From Podarcis erhardii (lineage: Eukaryota): DNA of 64,000 bases. The translations under genes were made by a program, and so were the position numbers. This document shows positions 33,661 to 45,393 of the stretch, in pieces (position 1 is the first letter of the stretch; each line of letters opens with the position of its first letter). Where the stretch lies: NCBI GenBank assembly GCA_964252035.1, contig OZ176203.1; one strand, 5' to 3'. The notes below the pieces were generated by a model. That model saw only the letters and a list, made by a program, of their open reading frames with translations. It had not been told where the DNA came from and did not search any database.

Positions 33661-36467
33661 TTACTACTGATGATGATTTCTGTCAATATGTTGTGAATCG
33701 CCCAGTGATCTTTGGATGAAGGCCGATACACACATTTTATTTATTATATATATATATACACACACAACACACAATATCTGTCCTTCTCCAGCAGTTCCAA
33801 GGCTGGGTTACAAGCTAAAATTCATATTTCAAAACAGTTAAAATAGATTATAGGAACAGTGTAAGCTGGCCAGTTTTCTGTTTTTTATTCTGCAATATTA
33901 TGTTGTGAACTGCCCTGAGATCTACAGGTATAGGGCAGTATACAAATTTAATAAGTAGATTAGGGGGGGGCAGGGGGAGTGGATTTTGCAAAGCACCAGG
34001 TCAGGGCAGCTTGCTGTGAAACGGTTTGCCCCAATCATTGTTACTTAAGGAAAGCTATTGGCTTTGGAACTCGCTGCCACGAGAGGAGATGGCTTTTTCC
34101 CATCTACGAAGGAAGGGATTAGGCATCAGAACAGAGCCTGGTACTTGGATGAGGCCAGTGGCCTGGCTGGTCCAGCGCCCTGGTCTCGACAGGTGCCTGC
34201 GGGAAGCCTGTAAGCAGGAGAGGATGGGGCTCTGCTGGACAGCCCTGCTGTTGGAAACAACGAGAGAGGATTAGCTGTTGCCTCCCTGCTTTGCTCTTTG
34301 CCACTGTGGGAAGGAGGACGCAGAAGGGGATCACCCTGCAGGGGTGCACCTAGGTCATTGGAGACTAGGCATTTAATGGCCTTGGAGAGCTCCCCTCCTT
34401 CGCACTTCAGAAGGCAACGGCCATTACTTCAAAATGTGTTAAGCCAGCAAGCCAGCCTCCAGAGCAATCTTGATTATTCTGCTGGCTGAGACTCCAGACT
34501 TCTAGTGTGGCACTGTTGTGCTGGGTTTGCGTGCGGAAGACATAGCTTCAGATGTGATCTCCGAGCCTTCTTTCATATTCTAGGGCACCTTGGAGACCAG
34601 ACAGGGAGCTATAACCAATCCTGGTGTTTTTTTTACCTGTGTGTCTTTCTGATGGAAGTGTTTGCTGCATTCTGGAGTGACGGCTTGTCTCTTCTCTCTC
34701 CCCCACCTGTCTACTCCGACTGGCAATTCCAACAGCAGTAAGGTTCTTCTCCTCCCCTTGCGCATCGAGAGCATATCCGAAAGCACATTATTTTGTGCTG
34801 CGAGATTCAGAGCACAATGATGTCAGGGGGAGGATTGTCACATGGGGGGGCGGCGGCTCCATGTGTCTTTTTCGTTGGCCCTCTCCGCATTTAGTACCCA
34901 TTCATGACAATCCCATTTTATACTCTCAAGAACCCTGCGAGTTTGGTTGGGTTGAGAGGCAGCGTCACCCAAAAGCAACCCATTGAGTATCGTGAGCCGA
35001 GATTTGAACCCAGGGCTCCCAGTTCATCATTCATGCTGGCACTCTCTTCCATCTTAAAGTGGACGCAGGCTTCTGACAGCGATCGATTGTGCAACTTGCC
35101 AAGGATTGCACCTGTGTTACAGCCATGTAGGGGCCTCTCGAATGTTCACTCGGGGATGTTGAGAGTTGCCCCGAGGCCCCTATTCCTCTCACGGAGAAGA
35201 GGGATTGATTGTTAAACTGCTCTGGGGATCATAGCTCTGTCAGGGAGATCTAGGCTGAGACTGGCAAAGCCATGCTTGGGCCAGGTGGATGAGTGAGAAA
35301 GAGAAGCCTTGGGGTGTTATTTGAGATTCCCCAAGGAAGGGGAATTTTAAAAAAAACACCCCGCTGCAAAAGCTTGGGAGCTACAGCTCCCTACTTTACA
35401 GATGACAGTTTTCAGTTTGAAAGGCTGTTGGGTCCAATCCTGGCTTAAGGATAAAGAGCCCCTAAAAGGGAGAACAAGGCTGCATACAAAACCCAAAGAG
35501 AATCCTGGGAATTGGCGTACTAGGAGTTATAGCTCTGTGAGGAGTGAGCTACAGTTCTCAGGATTCTTTGCCAGGGGTGGTGGCATATGAACTTCATATC
35601 TATGGGGTGTAGGCTGCCTAGAAAAGGCCGCAAAGTTGCCCGTCAGCCGTGAGCACCTAGAGAGCAGATTGAGCAGCTGCACACAGGTCAGTCTTCCTCA
35701 CTGTGCAGCAATGCCAATTTCTGTTTAATCTGAAGCAATTGCTTCTAAATTTGCATCTGTTCGTGTAAATTGGCAGGTGCAAACTTGTGCCTTCTTTTTA
35801 ATTATGATGCTGCATTTCCTCCCTTTGGGAAGTAGCTACCTCAGGAAGGAAATTAGAAAGTGTGCTGATGGAGTCTCTTAGCAGGCAGGAGGAGCAGAAC
35901 ATTGGCCTCAGCATACACACACACAACCAGATGTGGGGGACCTTTGGCCTTCCAAATGTTGTTGGACTACAACTCCCTTCTGCCCCAAGCAGCAAGAGCA
36001 GTGGTCCAGAAGTCATAGTCCCATAACACACCTGGGTGAACACAAGCTTCTTTCTCCCCGATATGTATAATTAAGAAAAATCCAAGAAACCAGGTGAGGG
36101 TTGTTAGGGATGATCTCCCCCTTCCCCTCACATCTGGCAGGGTTGCCAACATTTCTTTCCTCATCCAGCAAGATTCCTGCACCTGCAACACCTGTATGGC
36201 AGGCAACAAAGAACTACTGAAAAGTAGCACACCTATGCTGGAGAGAAATAATAGTTCAGCTCAGTTTCCTCCTTTTGGGTCACGTCTACAGGCAGAAGAA
36301 ACCTCAGCACTCTTGGCTAAACCAGAGGTGGGAGCCCCTCTGAGATGTTGTTAGACTACAACTCCCATCATCCCCAGCAGCCAGCATGGCCATTAATCAG
36401 GGGATGGTGGGAGTTGTGGTCCAGTGACACCTGCAGTCATTCTTTGGGGGAAGCTATGGTTGCTTAA

Positions 36468-36840
36468 GGGGACGTGGTTGGCGCTGTGGTGTAAACCACT
36501 GAGCCTTGGGCTTGCCGATTGGAAGGTCGGTGGTTCAAATCCCCACGACAGGGTGAGCTCCTGTTGCTCGGTCCCTGCTCCTGCCAGCCTAGCAGTTCGA
36601 AAGCACGCCAAAAAGTCTTAAGTAAATAAATAGGTACCACTCTGGCGGGAAGGTAAACGGCATTTCCGTGCACTGCTGTGGTTTCACCAGAAGCAGCTTA
36701 GTCATGTTGGCCACATGACCTGGAAAAACTGTCTGTGGACAAACGCAGGCTCCCTCGGCCAGTAAAGCAAGATGAGCGCCGCAACCCCGGAGTCATTCGC
36801 GAGTGGACTTAACTGTCAGGGGTCCTTTACCTTTTTTTAA
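36468..36840 (+). mobile_element. Sauria SINE nested in an older MITE-like repeat, ENDOD1 intron
   Basis: Full-length copy; 12-bp TSD atggttgcttaa (36456-36467, 36841-36852). Confidence 0.9.
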
Positions 36841-36880
36841 ATGGTTGCTTAAAGTGGTATAACACTGCTTTAAATGTATA

Positions 36881-37017
36881 CAATGGTACCTCCAGTTGCG
36901 GACAGGATCCGTTCTGGAGCTCTGGTTGGATCCCGAGGTTTCCGTAACTGGAAGGACTGCTTCTGCGCATGTGCACGTAGTGAAACATTCCTGGGTTTGT
37001 AAGCTGAGGTGCTACTG
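36881..37017. mobile_element. Degraded Tigger-type MITE
   Basis: TA|CAATGGTACCTC ... GAGGTGCTACTG|TA. Confidence 0.6.
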
Positions 37018-38111
37018 TACTGCGGACAGAGCCAAGTGCCCTAAAGTTCGAGTAGCCAATCTGCAGCAAGGGGCACAGAGGTGACAGAGGCTGCAGAAGT
37101 TTGTGGCGCACCTGGGCGAAAATAGGCGGAACCACAGGCCTGCTGTGGCGCAGAGCCAGCCTTACATTCCTAGCTGCCTCTCCAGAGCTGTGCTTGCTGC
37201 TGTTGCCTGTTCCCAGGCTCAGTGGAGGAGAGGTTAAAACCGCACAAGCCACTGAGATGGGTGGGGCTGTTCTTGCAGCGTGCACTGCAGCGACTTGGGC
37301 ATGCTTGCTGAGAAGGATGCACATGGGTAGTTGTCAAGACTTCCTGCTTTGATAAAACCATTGGATGCAGGAACACAGGAGGAAGGCTCATAGCTTAGTG
37401 GTAGAGAATCATGCTTTGCATGCAGGTTCAATTCCTGGAATCTCCAGATAGCAGCTTGGTGGCCGTTGCAAAACCTTGCAGGAGCGAATCCGCTAATTTT
37501 AACTCTACGTTGCATGACAAACTGCTTTCTTTTGTCTCTCCTGAATCTTCCAACGTTCGTCTTCATGGCCCCGAGTTTTAGTGTTATGAAGGAGATCCAC
37601 CGACTTTCTCCCTATCCCCATCCATCATTCCTTCGCCACTTTACTTTACTAAAAATACTGTGACCTTTCCTCCTTGGGGAGCTGCTCCAACCCCTTGACC
37701 GTTTTGGTTGCCCTCTTCTGAACCTTTCCCAACATCCCTTTTGAGCACAAAATAGGGGTGTGCGCAGTTTGTCCTTCCGGGAAGGAGCGTCTGTCGTTGC
37801 TGATTTTCTTGGAGGACCTCTGGCCATGACTGTGGTTCCCACAGGAAGGAGTCGGAGGCTGTCTCCCGAGGGAGCCAAGAATGGTGCCAACCTCTGCCCT
37901 GACCCCCGCGGTACACAAATAGTCTTCTCCAAACAGACAGAGGCTTGACTCCAAAAATGAATAGGGAAGGAAAAAGGCAAGAGGGGTGGGCGGTCGCCAG
38001 CTATTCTTTGCACACAAACGCATCCCATTGTCATGGCCCCCCTGCTCATCGGCAACAGAGCCGTCTGCAGAGGCTTCAAGAGGGGCATTGTCTGCGGAGG
38101 CCATTAGCCTG

Positions 38112-39692
38112 TTTGGCAGCGATGCTTTTAGGCATGCGCCTTGCCAGCTGATGCTCTGCAAGGATCGCCCTTTCAGCTGCAGGGACATGCACAGGGCACT
38201 TCCTGCTAGCCCCAAGGGGGGAGAAGGGCTTGTTACCACTCTAATCTTAGGAGCTGTAAAGGGAAGCATCAGCAACATTCAGAGACAGATACTGCTTTCC
38301 TCTTGGGACCTTGAGGAAGCAAAACCCCCGAGATACAAAACTGGCATGCCAGCCACAGAGCCTTTCTCCCCCACTGATGTCACTGTCAGCCGGGTTCTCC
38401 CAGGGTTGTCAGCTGTGGGCCAATTATCTCACCACAGGAGGGAAGAGGCTTTTTAGCTTGGAGCTGGTGCAGCAAAACTGGGCAGGGAGAAGTTTCTCCT
38501 CCCTAAAACTTGTGGGCATCCAGCAAAATTGACTCTGTTGGAAGATTCGGGACAGGCGCAAGAAAATACTGCTCCATACAGTGCACCATTGAACGGTGGA
38601 GTTTTCTCTCGCAGGAGGCAGCAATCGCCACAAAATTGGATGGCTTGGGGGGGGGTGAGGATTAGATCGGGGTTTCCCAAACTTGGGTCTGCAGCTGGTT
38701 TTTTGGGACTACAACTCCCATCGTCCCTAGCTAGCAGGACTGTTGGTGAGGGATGATGGGAATTGTAGTCCCCATACAGCTAGGGAAACCCTGGATTAGA
38801 TAATGGAGAATTAGGCTATCAACAGTTACTATATGGCTGTGTTCTTTCTACACTGCCAGAGGTGGCATGTCTTTGAACACTGGTTGCTGCCAGTCCCAGG
38901 TAGGAAAGACTTTTGTTGTACCCAGGTTCTCTTTGGGGAATTCCCAGAGACATCAGGATGCTGGACTCGATGGGCTTTTGACCTGAACCAGCAGGGCTCT
39001 TCTCATGTTTTTAAGAGACATTCTCCACTTCCTCAGTCCTTCGGGGAGTGGTAGAGGAATGTGCAGAGAGCTTTCAGCCAGCTAGCCCAGGGGGGAAGGT
39101 GTGTCTGGCAAGGTTGCAAGAAAACAATACAGTACAGTATTTTGAAATAAGAAACGTTGGCTGTGGTGCAGGGCACAGCTGAAACCCAAGGTTGCGGGGA
39201 GGGTGTGTTTGCAGAAGAGACCGGTTGCTCTTTTCTTCAGTTCCTGAACTTGCATTCTTTTGCATTTTCTGCTTCAGACTGGGAGAGAGCAGATTGCTGC
39301 AAACCGCCTGTCAAACTGGATGGCAGTGGCCTGGTACACGCACGCAACACCCGTCGCTTGATAACTGCAGTGTCAGATGGGTGGCTTGCATGTCTAAATG
39401 AGCTAAAAGCTGTGGACGGTGCTTTCGTACTCTCACCTGAAAGCCGGTGCTTCTCAGTGGAGGCAGATCATACATTCAGCGGACAGTGGAGCATTCGAGG
39501 GTAGGGTGGGAACTGGCTCCAAGCATGGGAGCAATTAACTGCAATTTGGCAGCGATGCTTTTAGGCATGCGCCTTGCCAGCTGATGCTCTGCAAGGATCT
39601 CCCTTTCAGCTGCAGGGACATGCACAGGGCACTTCCTGCTAGCTCCAAGGGGGGAGAAGGGCTTGTTACCACTCTAATCTTAGGAGCTGTAA
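38112..39692 (+). repeat. 148-bp direct repeat pair (38112-38259 and 39545-39692)
   Basis: Two mismatches in 148 bp by manual alignment; copies start 1433 bp apart. Confidence 0.92.
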
Positions 39693-40729
39693 TTAACGTC
39701 TGAAACAGGCCTGAGTGAGGATTTGCACTTGGGCATTCACATTCCAAGTTGAGAAGACTTGCCCACACGGAAAAGTGTCGCCCATCATTCGTGATGCTGT
39801 TGTTGTCATGGTGATGTGGCTAGGGATGGGCGAATGTGCCAATCTCACTTTGTCATTTTAGTATTTAGTATTTTAAATTTTAGACGTTTTAGGGTACGGT
39901 TGTAAAACTTTACTAGTAGTTTCCTCTTTTGCAAGCCGCTTGGAGGTTTTTCGCAACCAAGCGGTGTATACATTTTATGGAATAAATAAATGGAAATTCA
40001 AAAATTGCAAAGTCATTTCCCCTGATATAACATTTTGGGGGGTATGTTTTCATGTGTTTATACGCACATTTAACCTTTGTGTGTGCCTCTCATTACTTAC
40101 CTAGAGAACTGCACAGCAAATTTGGGGAAACGTGAAATTTGGAGGTCGGCTGTGCTTTCTTGGTCCGTGCATTATTCTGAAAAGTGCAAATTTAGATATT
40201 TTAAACACAAAGTGCATCAGATCCCACCCCTAGCTGCCTGGTACTGGTCTGATCTGATCAGGGAGGATACGAAGGAGTGCCGTGGGATGTGTTCTGGACC
40301 CGTTCTACCTGAGGAACTGCATGACAATGCCTGGTGCAGAAGTAGCCCCAGAGCTGGGGCGAGTGACATAGTCAGGCCATCTGCTCTGTGAGATTGCAGA
40401 GGCTTTAATTGCCGGGGACCCGCATCAGATTACAGGCAAGGGGGGAAAGCACATGCTCTACCCCAGCCCTTGAAATACCAAATAGCCTTTGTAAATACCA
40501 GCGAGGGTAATGGACATAAATTTTTAATAGCCGTGTGTTCAAGACGGAAAGGGCAGGAAGCTGCAGACAAAAGGACAACATCTGCTAGCGCAACAGCAGT
40601 GGCACAAGATAAGATGTCCTTGCTTATGCTCCTGTTCGGCTACCCATGTCCATATGTACACACATTGTTGCTAAAGAATGTTTTTATCCAGGGTCGTGGG
40701 CAATAGCTTAGCTCTCTGTGTGTTCTGTA

Positions 40730-40946
40730 CAGTGGTACCTCGGGTTAAGAACTTAATTCGTTCTGGAGGTCCGTTCTTAACCTGAAACTGTTCTTAACCT
40801 GAGGTACCGCTTTAGCTAATGGGGCCCGCCACTGCCGCCGCCGCACAATTTCTGTTCTCATCCTGAGGTAATGTTTTTAACCTGAGGTACTATTTTGGGT
40901 TAGCAGAGTCTGTAACCTGAAGCGTCTGTAACCCGAGGTACCACTG
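40730..40946. mobile_element. Tigger/pogo-type MITE, same family as 16599, opposite orientation
   Basis: TA|CAGTGGTACCTCGGGTTA ... TAACCCGAGGTACCACTG|TA. Confidence 0.88.
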
Positions 40947-42967
40947 TATTAGGCAATTTCATAGAGGATAAGTCTAGAAACCACTATGATAGCTAAGCTG
41001 AGCCTCCCTGCAGAGTGGCAGCTACCTGAGAATATCATGTGCTAGGAACGAATTGAGAGGGAGTGGCGTTCACTACCTCATGCCTTGTTTGTGGCCTTCC
41101 TGGGTGCTTCTGCCTCCGTGGACAGAACCGGAAACAGAATGTGGAGCTGGAAGGAAATTTGGTCTGATCCAGGCTCATCTCATGTTCTTACCTTTCTTCC
41201 CCTATCACTGTAGTCTGTGCCAATGCACGACTGGGCTGCTTTTCCTCTCTCTCAGGTTCTTTCAGCACCAGCAGGCATGGGTTCAGCAGGTAAAGTTTTC
41301 CCCTGTGTCAGGATGATGTGATGGGGGAAAGGCTTAATGTGTGGAATGTCTGCCATGCATGCAGCTATTTAAGCTTCAGGAATTCAGCTTGGGTTGAGAG
41401 GGGTTAGTTCTGTGTTTTGTCAACTCCTCCCTAGTCCCAGCCTCTCAGTACATTGCCTCTTCCTTTTGGAATCCTAAATATTCCTCTACATATTCTAATA
41501 AGGGACTATGAATTTCCTCCTACTCTTCAGCACCTAACTTCCCATTCCCCCCTGACTGACCAGGAGATTCTCTTTTTCCAGCTGCTTAACCCATTTCACC
41601 CCCTCCAACCATCTCCGGTGAAGCAGCAGTGTCTCCAAACTATGATTTTGGTCAGTCTTCCCTAACCAGTTGTCCTCTAGGTGTTTAGGACTGCAACTCC
41701 CATCAGACCCGGTGTGTTGGCAGGGGCTGATGGGAATTGTAGTCTGAAAAACCAGGAGAGCGACAAGTTGGGGAAGGCTGATTTTGGTGACGTCGCTTCC
41801 CAAGTGTCCCAGTGGACAAAGCACTGGATTTGGAGAAAAGACTCTGGTTAAACCTCCAACTTCAGCGTTTGGCTGCAGATCAATAACCCTTTCTTTCCTC
41901 AGCTTCACATCTCTAAAGACGGAAGAACACTTACCTGATTTCTGACTGAGTTGGGCAGGGGGCTGAGATAAAGTTGGCAGCAATATGCAGTATCAGTAGT
42001 AAATAGCAGTTGCTGTCCCATTTTCCTTGTTCCAAGTATTTAGTTACATGAAGAAAACTTTGGATCACTTATCCGAAACCTAATACATAGGCTGCAATTT
42101 GAGAATAATCCCAGGCTGCTGTTTGGCTGATAAAAGTGAATGAGTATAAAACTAGCAAACAGTGGACACAGGTACACAGCCCCTCCCCTCCCAATACAGT
42201 GGGAGAAAATGGTGGTACCCAAGGCATTGGATTCCATTTTGGCAGCGAGAATGCGTATTTCTTTCTTAAGATAATTTCTACCCTACACTTCTGTTCCAAT
42301 AGCAATAGTCAGGGCCAAATGTAGCCCCCTCCAAGAGACCCCCTATTCCCCTCACAGAGCTACAATTCCTAGAGTTCCCTGGGAAGGAGAGCTTGATTGT
42401 TAAACCGCTCTGGCTGTTGTAGCTCTGTGCGGGAAATAGGTGTTTCTCGAAAACCTTTGGCACCCTTAACGACCTGCACTTCCCATGATCCTTTGCGGGA
42501 ACCAGTGACTGCTTAAAGTGGTATGACGCTGATTTAAATGTTTAGTGCACATGGGGCCTAAAATAACGGTAGTGTGGTCTTCCCAGGTCCCCCTCCCTCC
42601 AGTTTTGGCAAGTAGCCGCAGGCTGTGTCCGAAAGGCACATGAAGCCCCCTCTTTGCTGAAGTGAAGGAGGTCTGGAGCTAGTCAGGGCCTGGATGAGTG
42701 CCCACATGAGAACCACAGGGCTCATTGATGGGAAAACAAGTGTGATATAAATGTAATTAGTAAAACAGAAAGGCTCATCCAACTCCAGCTTGGGCTAGTA
42801 GCCATGGCTGGCGAGGCTGTGCGTGCTTTTGCATGGGCGGTGGTGTTCTGGGTGCCGAGAAGCATTCTCCCATTGCAGCAAGCTGGTACCCATCATTATC
42901 AAGCTTAGTGTCGTCCTCTTTACAGGAGCTGGAGAAAGAGAGGAGGGATGTGGGTGAGGACCGGGTG

Positions 42968-43010
42968 GTTGCTAGGCAACCGCAGCACAGCTAACCAGTT
43001 GTTAAGCAAC
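42968..43010. promoter_or_regulatory. Two tandem RFX X-box-like palindromes in the ENDOD1 intron
   Basis: GTTGCTAGGCAAC 42968-42980 and GTTGTTAAGCAAC 42998-43010. Confidence 0.5.
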
Positions 43011-45393
43011 TACAGCAATCGGGAGCCATCCTTCACAGCATAAACAGCTCCTGCTCCCTCATTAGGAAGAGAAGAAGGGAAGAACATTGTCCAGATGCTT
43101 CTGTAATTGCAGGCATCACAGCGCAGGGGGATGCTTCCGGCTGTTAAATATAAGAGGAGCTAACCTGATTAGCAGCAGACAGGGCTTGGTTTTTGAGCTA
43201 GGAATCGGCACTGGAGACAAGGAACAGCCATGCGCTCTCCTGGAATACGTAAAGCAGTAAGAGAGACCAGGGGAGTGGAAGAAGCAAACAGAGAGATGGC
43301 TTTTCTCCCTCATAATACTACAACTTGGGGACACCCAATGAAGTTGAGTATTGGGTGGATCAGGAGGACAGGCGAAAGGAGGTACCTCTTTTGCAGAGCA
43401 TGAAGTTAAACTACAGAATTCACTACAAGATGTCCCAGTGGCCACCAACAACCCCTCAGCCCCAGCCAGCATGGGCAATGGCCGGGGTGATGGAATTTGA
43501 AGTCGGTAACATCTGGAAGGTCAGAAGTTACCCCATCCCATCCTCATCCTAGAGACTCAACAACTCCCAGCCAGCCAGCTGAAGATCTGGCATTAAGGAC
43601 AAGGTGGGAAGACTATCGCTTGCAGGATGGCTGGAGCCCCAGTCCTTGTCTGCTTAGATATTACACAATAGCACCAGAAGGACTATGACAGCCTTGCAAA
43701 TAAGCCCACAGACATTACTAGCCTGCTTCTTCTTTTTACCAGCCAACTAAGAAGCTGCTAGTTTGCATCTTTGGTTGTAACAGAAGGAAGTCCCCTCCTC
43801 CATAGTCCTCATGAGAATTCGGGCTACTTGCAGGGTACTTAAAAAAGGAAAATTGGCTTCTACCAACCAAACTGGTGGGATGGGTGGAATGATTTGTCTC
43901 TCCTCTGCCAGCCTGTTTGGCTTCCATGGTGGTCACAGAGGAAAGGGCTCTTCTACCTTCAAGACTTGCATGGAAGCCAGGTGGAGCAGTAAATAAGAGA
44001 GAGGGTGAGAGATGGACCCATACTTCCTCCACCAAACCACTCACTCACCTGTATGGAATTCCTGATTGCCCCTGGGTACCAGGTGAGCTATGAAGTACAA
44101 GGGTAGATGATGCACATTCCAGGAATGGCTCTAAGGATGGAGGCTGATTGGCCATGATTCACACTGACTCCCTGACATTCCATTCATTTGTATGCGTAAT
44201 TGAGTTGTTCCAAAAGCTGGTTCTGATGCAATGTCTGCATCACACACACAAGTGTCATTTGGAAAAGGGCATCCTAGCGGTCACTCTGCTACTAGAGACC
44301 TCTGGAACAGGCACATTCCTTTAGGTGACTCAGGAGAAATGCGTCCTCAACCTATGTAATAATCTGAACCTGGCAAAAAGCTGTGTAATGTAAGAGGCGT
44401 GTCCACCTGTTCAAAATTCTACATTGCTTGTGGCAAAGGCACTGATTGGCCAAGTTGGCATGGAATGCTGCTTACGGATATTTCAACTACTCAGTGAAAT
44501 GAGGTTGTCAGGATGTTTGTAGATCAGCTTCTGTAAGGGAAGGGAGAACTGCCAGTTTGGCTGGAATTGTAAAAACTTTGTTATTGTAATAACCTTGCAA
44601 GAGGTGTGGTTTTGCAAGACAATCTAGGAATACAGATGCAAAGGACCAGGAAGACCTGAAGGAAAAGTGAGGAATAGGTCTCATATTAAAAGGTAGCAGC
44701 GCTACTGGGGATACTGTTGACTGTATCAACATAGAGGTTTTATTAATAAATGTTGTGTACAACAGTAAGTGTATCTCTGTAATTTGGAGACAGCAGTAAT
44801 TACCAGTGTGTCTTTTAAATATGATGGGTTGTATCTAATGCTAGTCCTATTCAGTAAACCCACTGAAGTAAACATACATTAATTTCAATGGGTCTACTCT
44901 GAGTAGCAATTAGTTGAATGCAATCCAGGGCATGGACGTAGCCAGGATTTATGTTGGGGGAGCTAGGATTTATGTTAGGGGAGCAGAACTGAGCTATCTG
45001 TGACGCGTTTGTCAGCTAAGTATTTTTATTTATTTACTTGATGTAACCATTAAGTTACATTGCATGAATTGCAAATTTTTCAATGTCAGGTTTTGACGTT
45101 AATACTTTTTTTTTTACAAATTTAAAATTCAAGACTTCAGAAATACCACAAACACTGAACTCCACCTGAATCCCTGTCTATGGTTTTGTGTTCAATTAGA
45201 GAAATGGCTGGCAAGTTTTAAATCACAAACTTTCCTTGTTCTTGTTTAAAGGCTTGAGACAAAATGTAAAATTTGAAATTAGTCTTAAGGTTTCTAGTAT
45301 CTGGATTGTCCAGGAAATTGCACACAGGGCCCGAGAAATTTAATGAGTGACCCTTGTTCTAAAATCCAATTATTTCTCTTGTTCACATTTCAG

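Noticed and set aside
32463-33731. Multiple long ORFs (up to 226 aa) on both strands around ENDOD1 exon 1
   Set aside because: Expected in a stop-poor CpG island; only the frame from ATG 33318 has a signal peptide and matches ENDOD1.
37649-38456. 150-209 aa ORFs around the duplicated block
   Set aside because: Chimeric translations ending in a CR1 fragment (LGKVQKRATKTVKGLE); no coherent protein.
38112-39692. Solo small LTR retroelement (TRIM) interpretation of the 148-bp repeats
   Set aside because: No TG...CA termini, primer-binding site, polypurine tract or TSD seen; kept only as an unexplained duplication.
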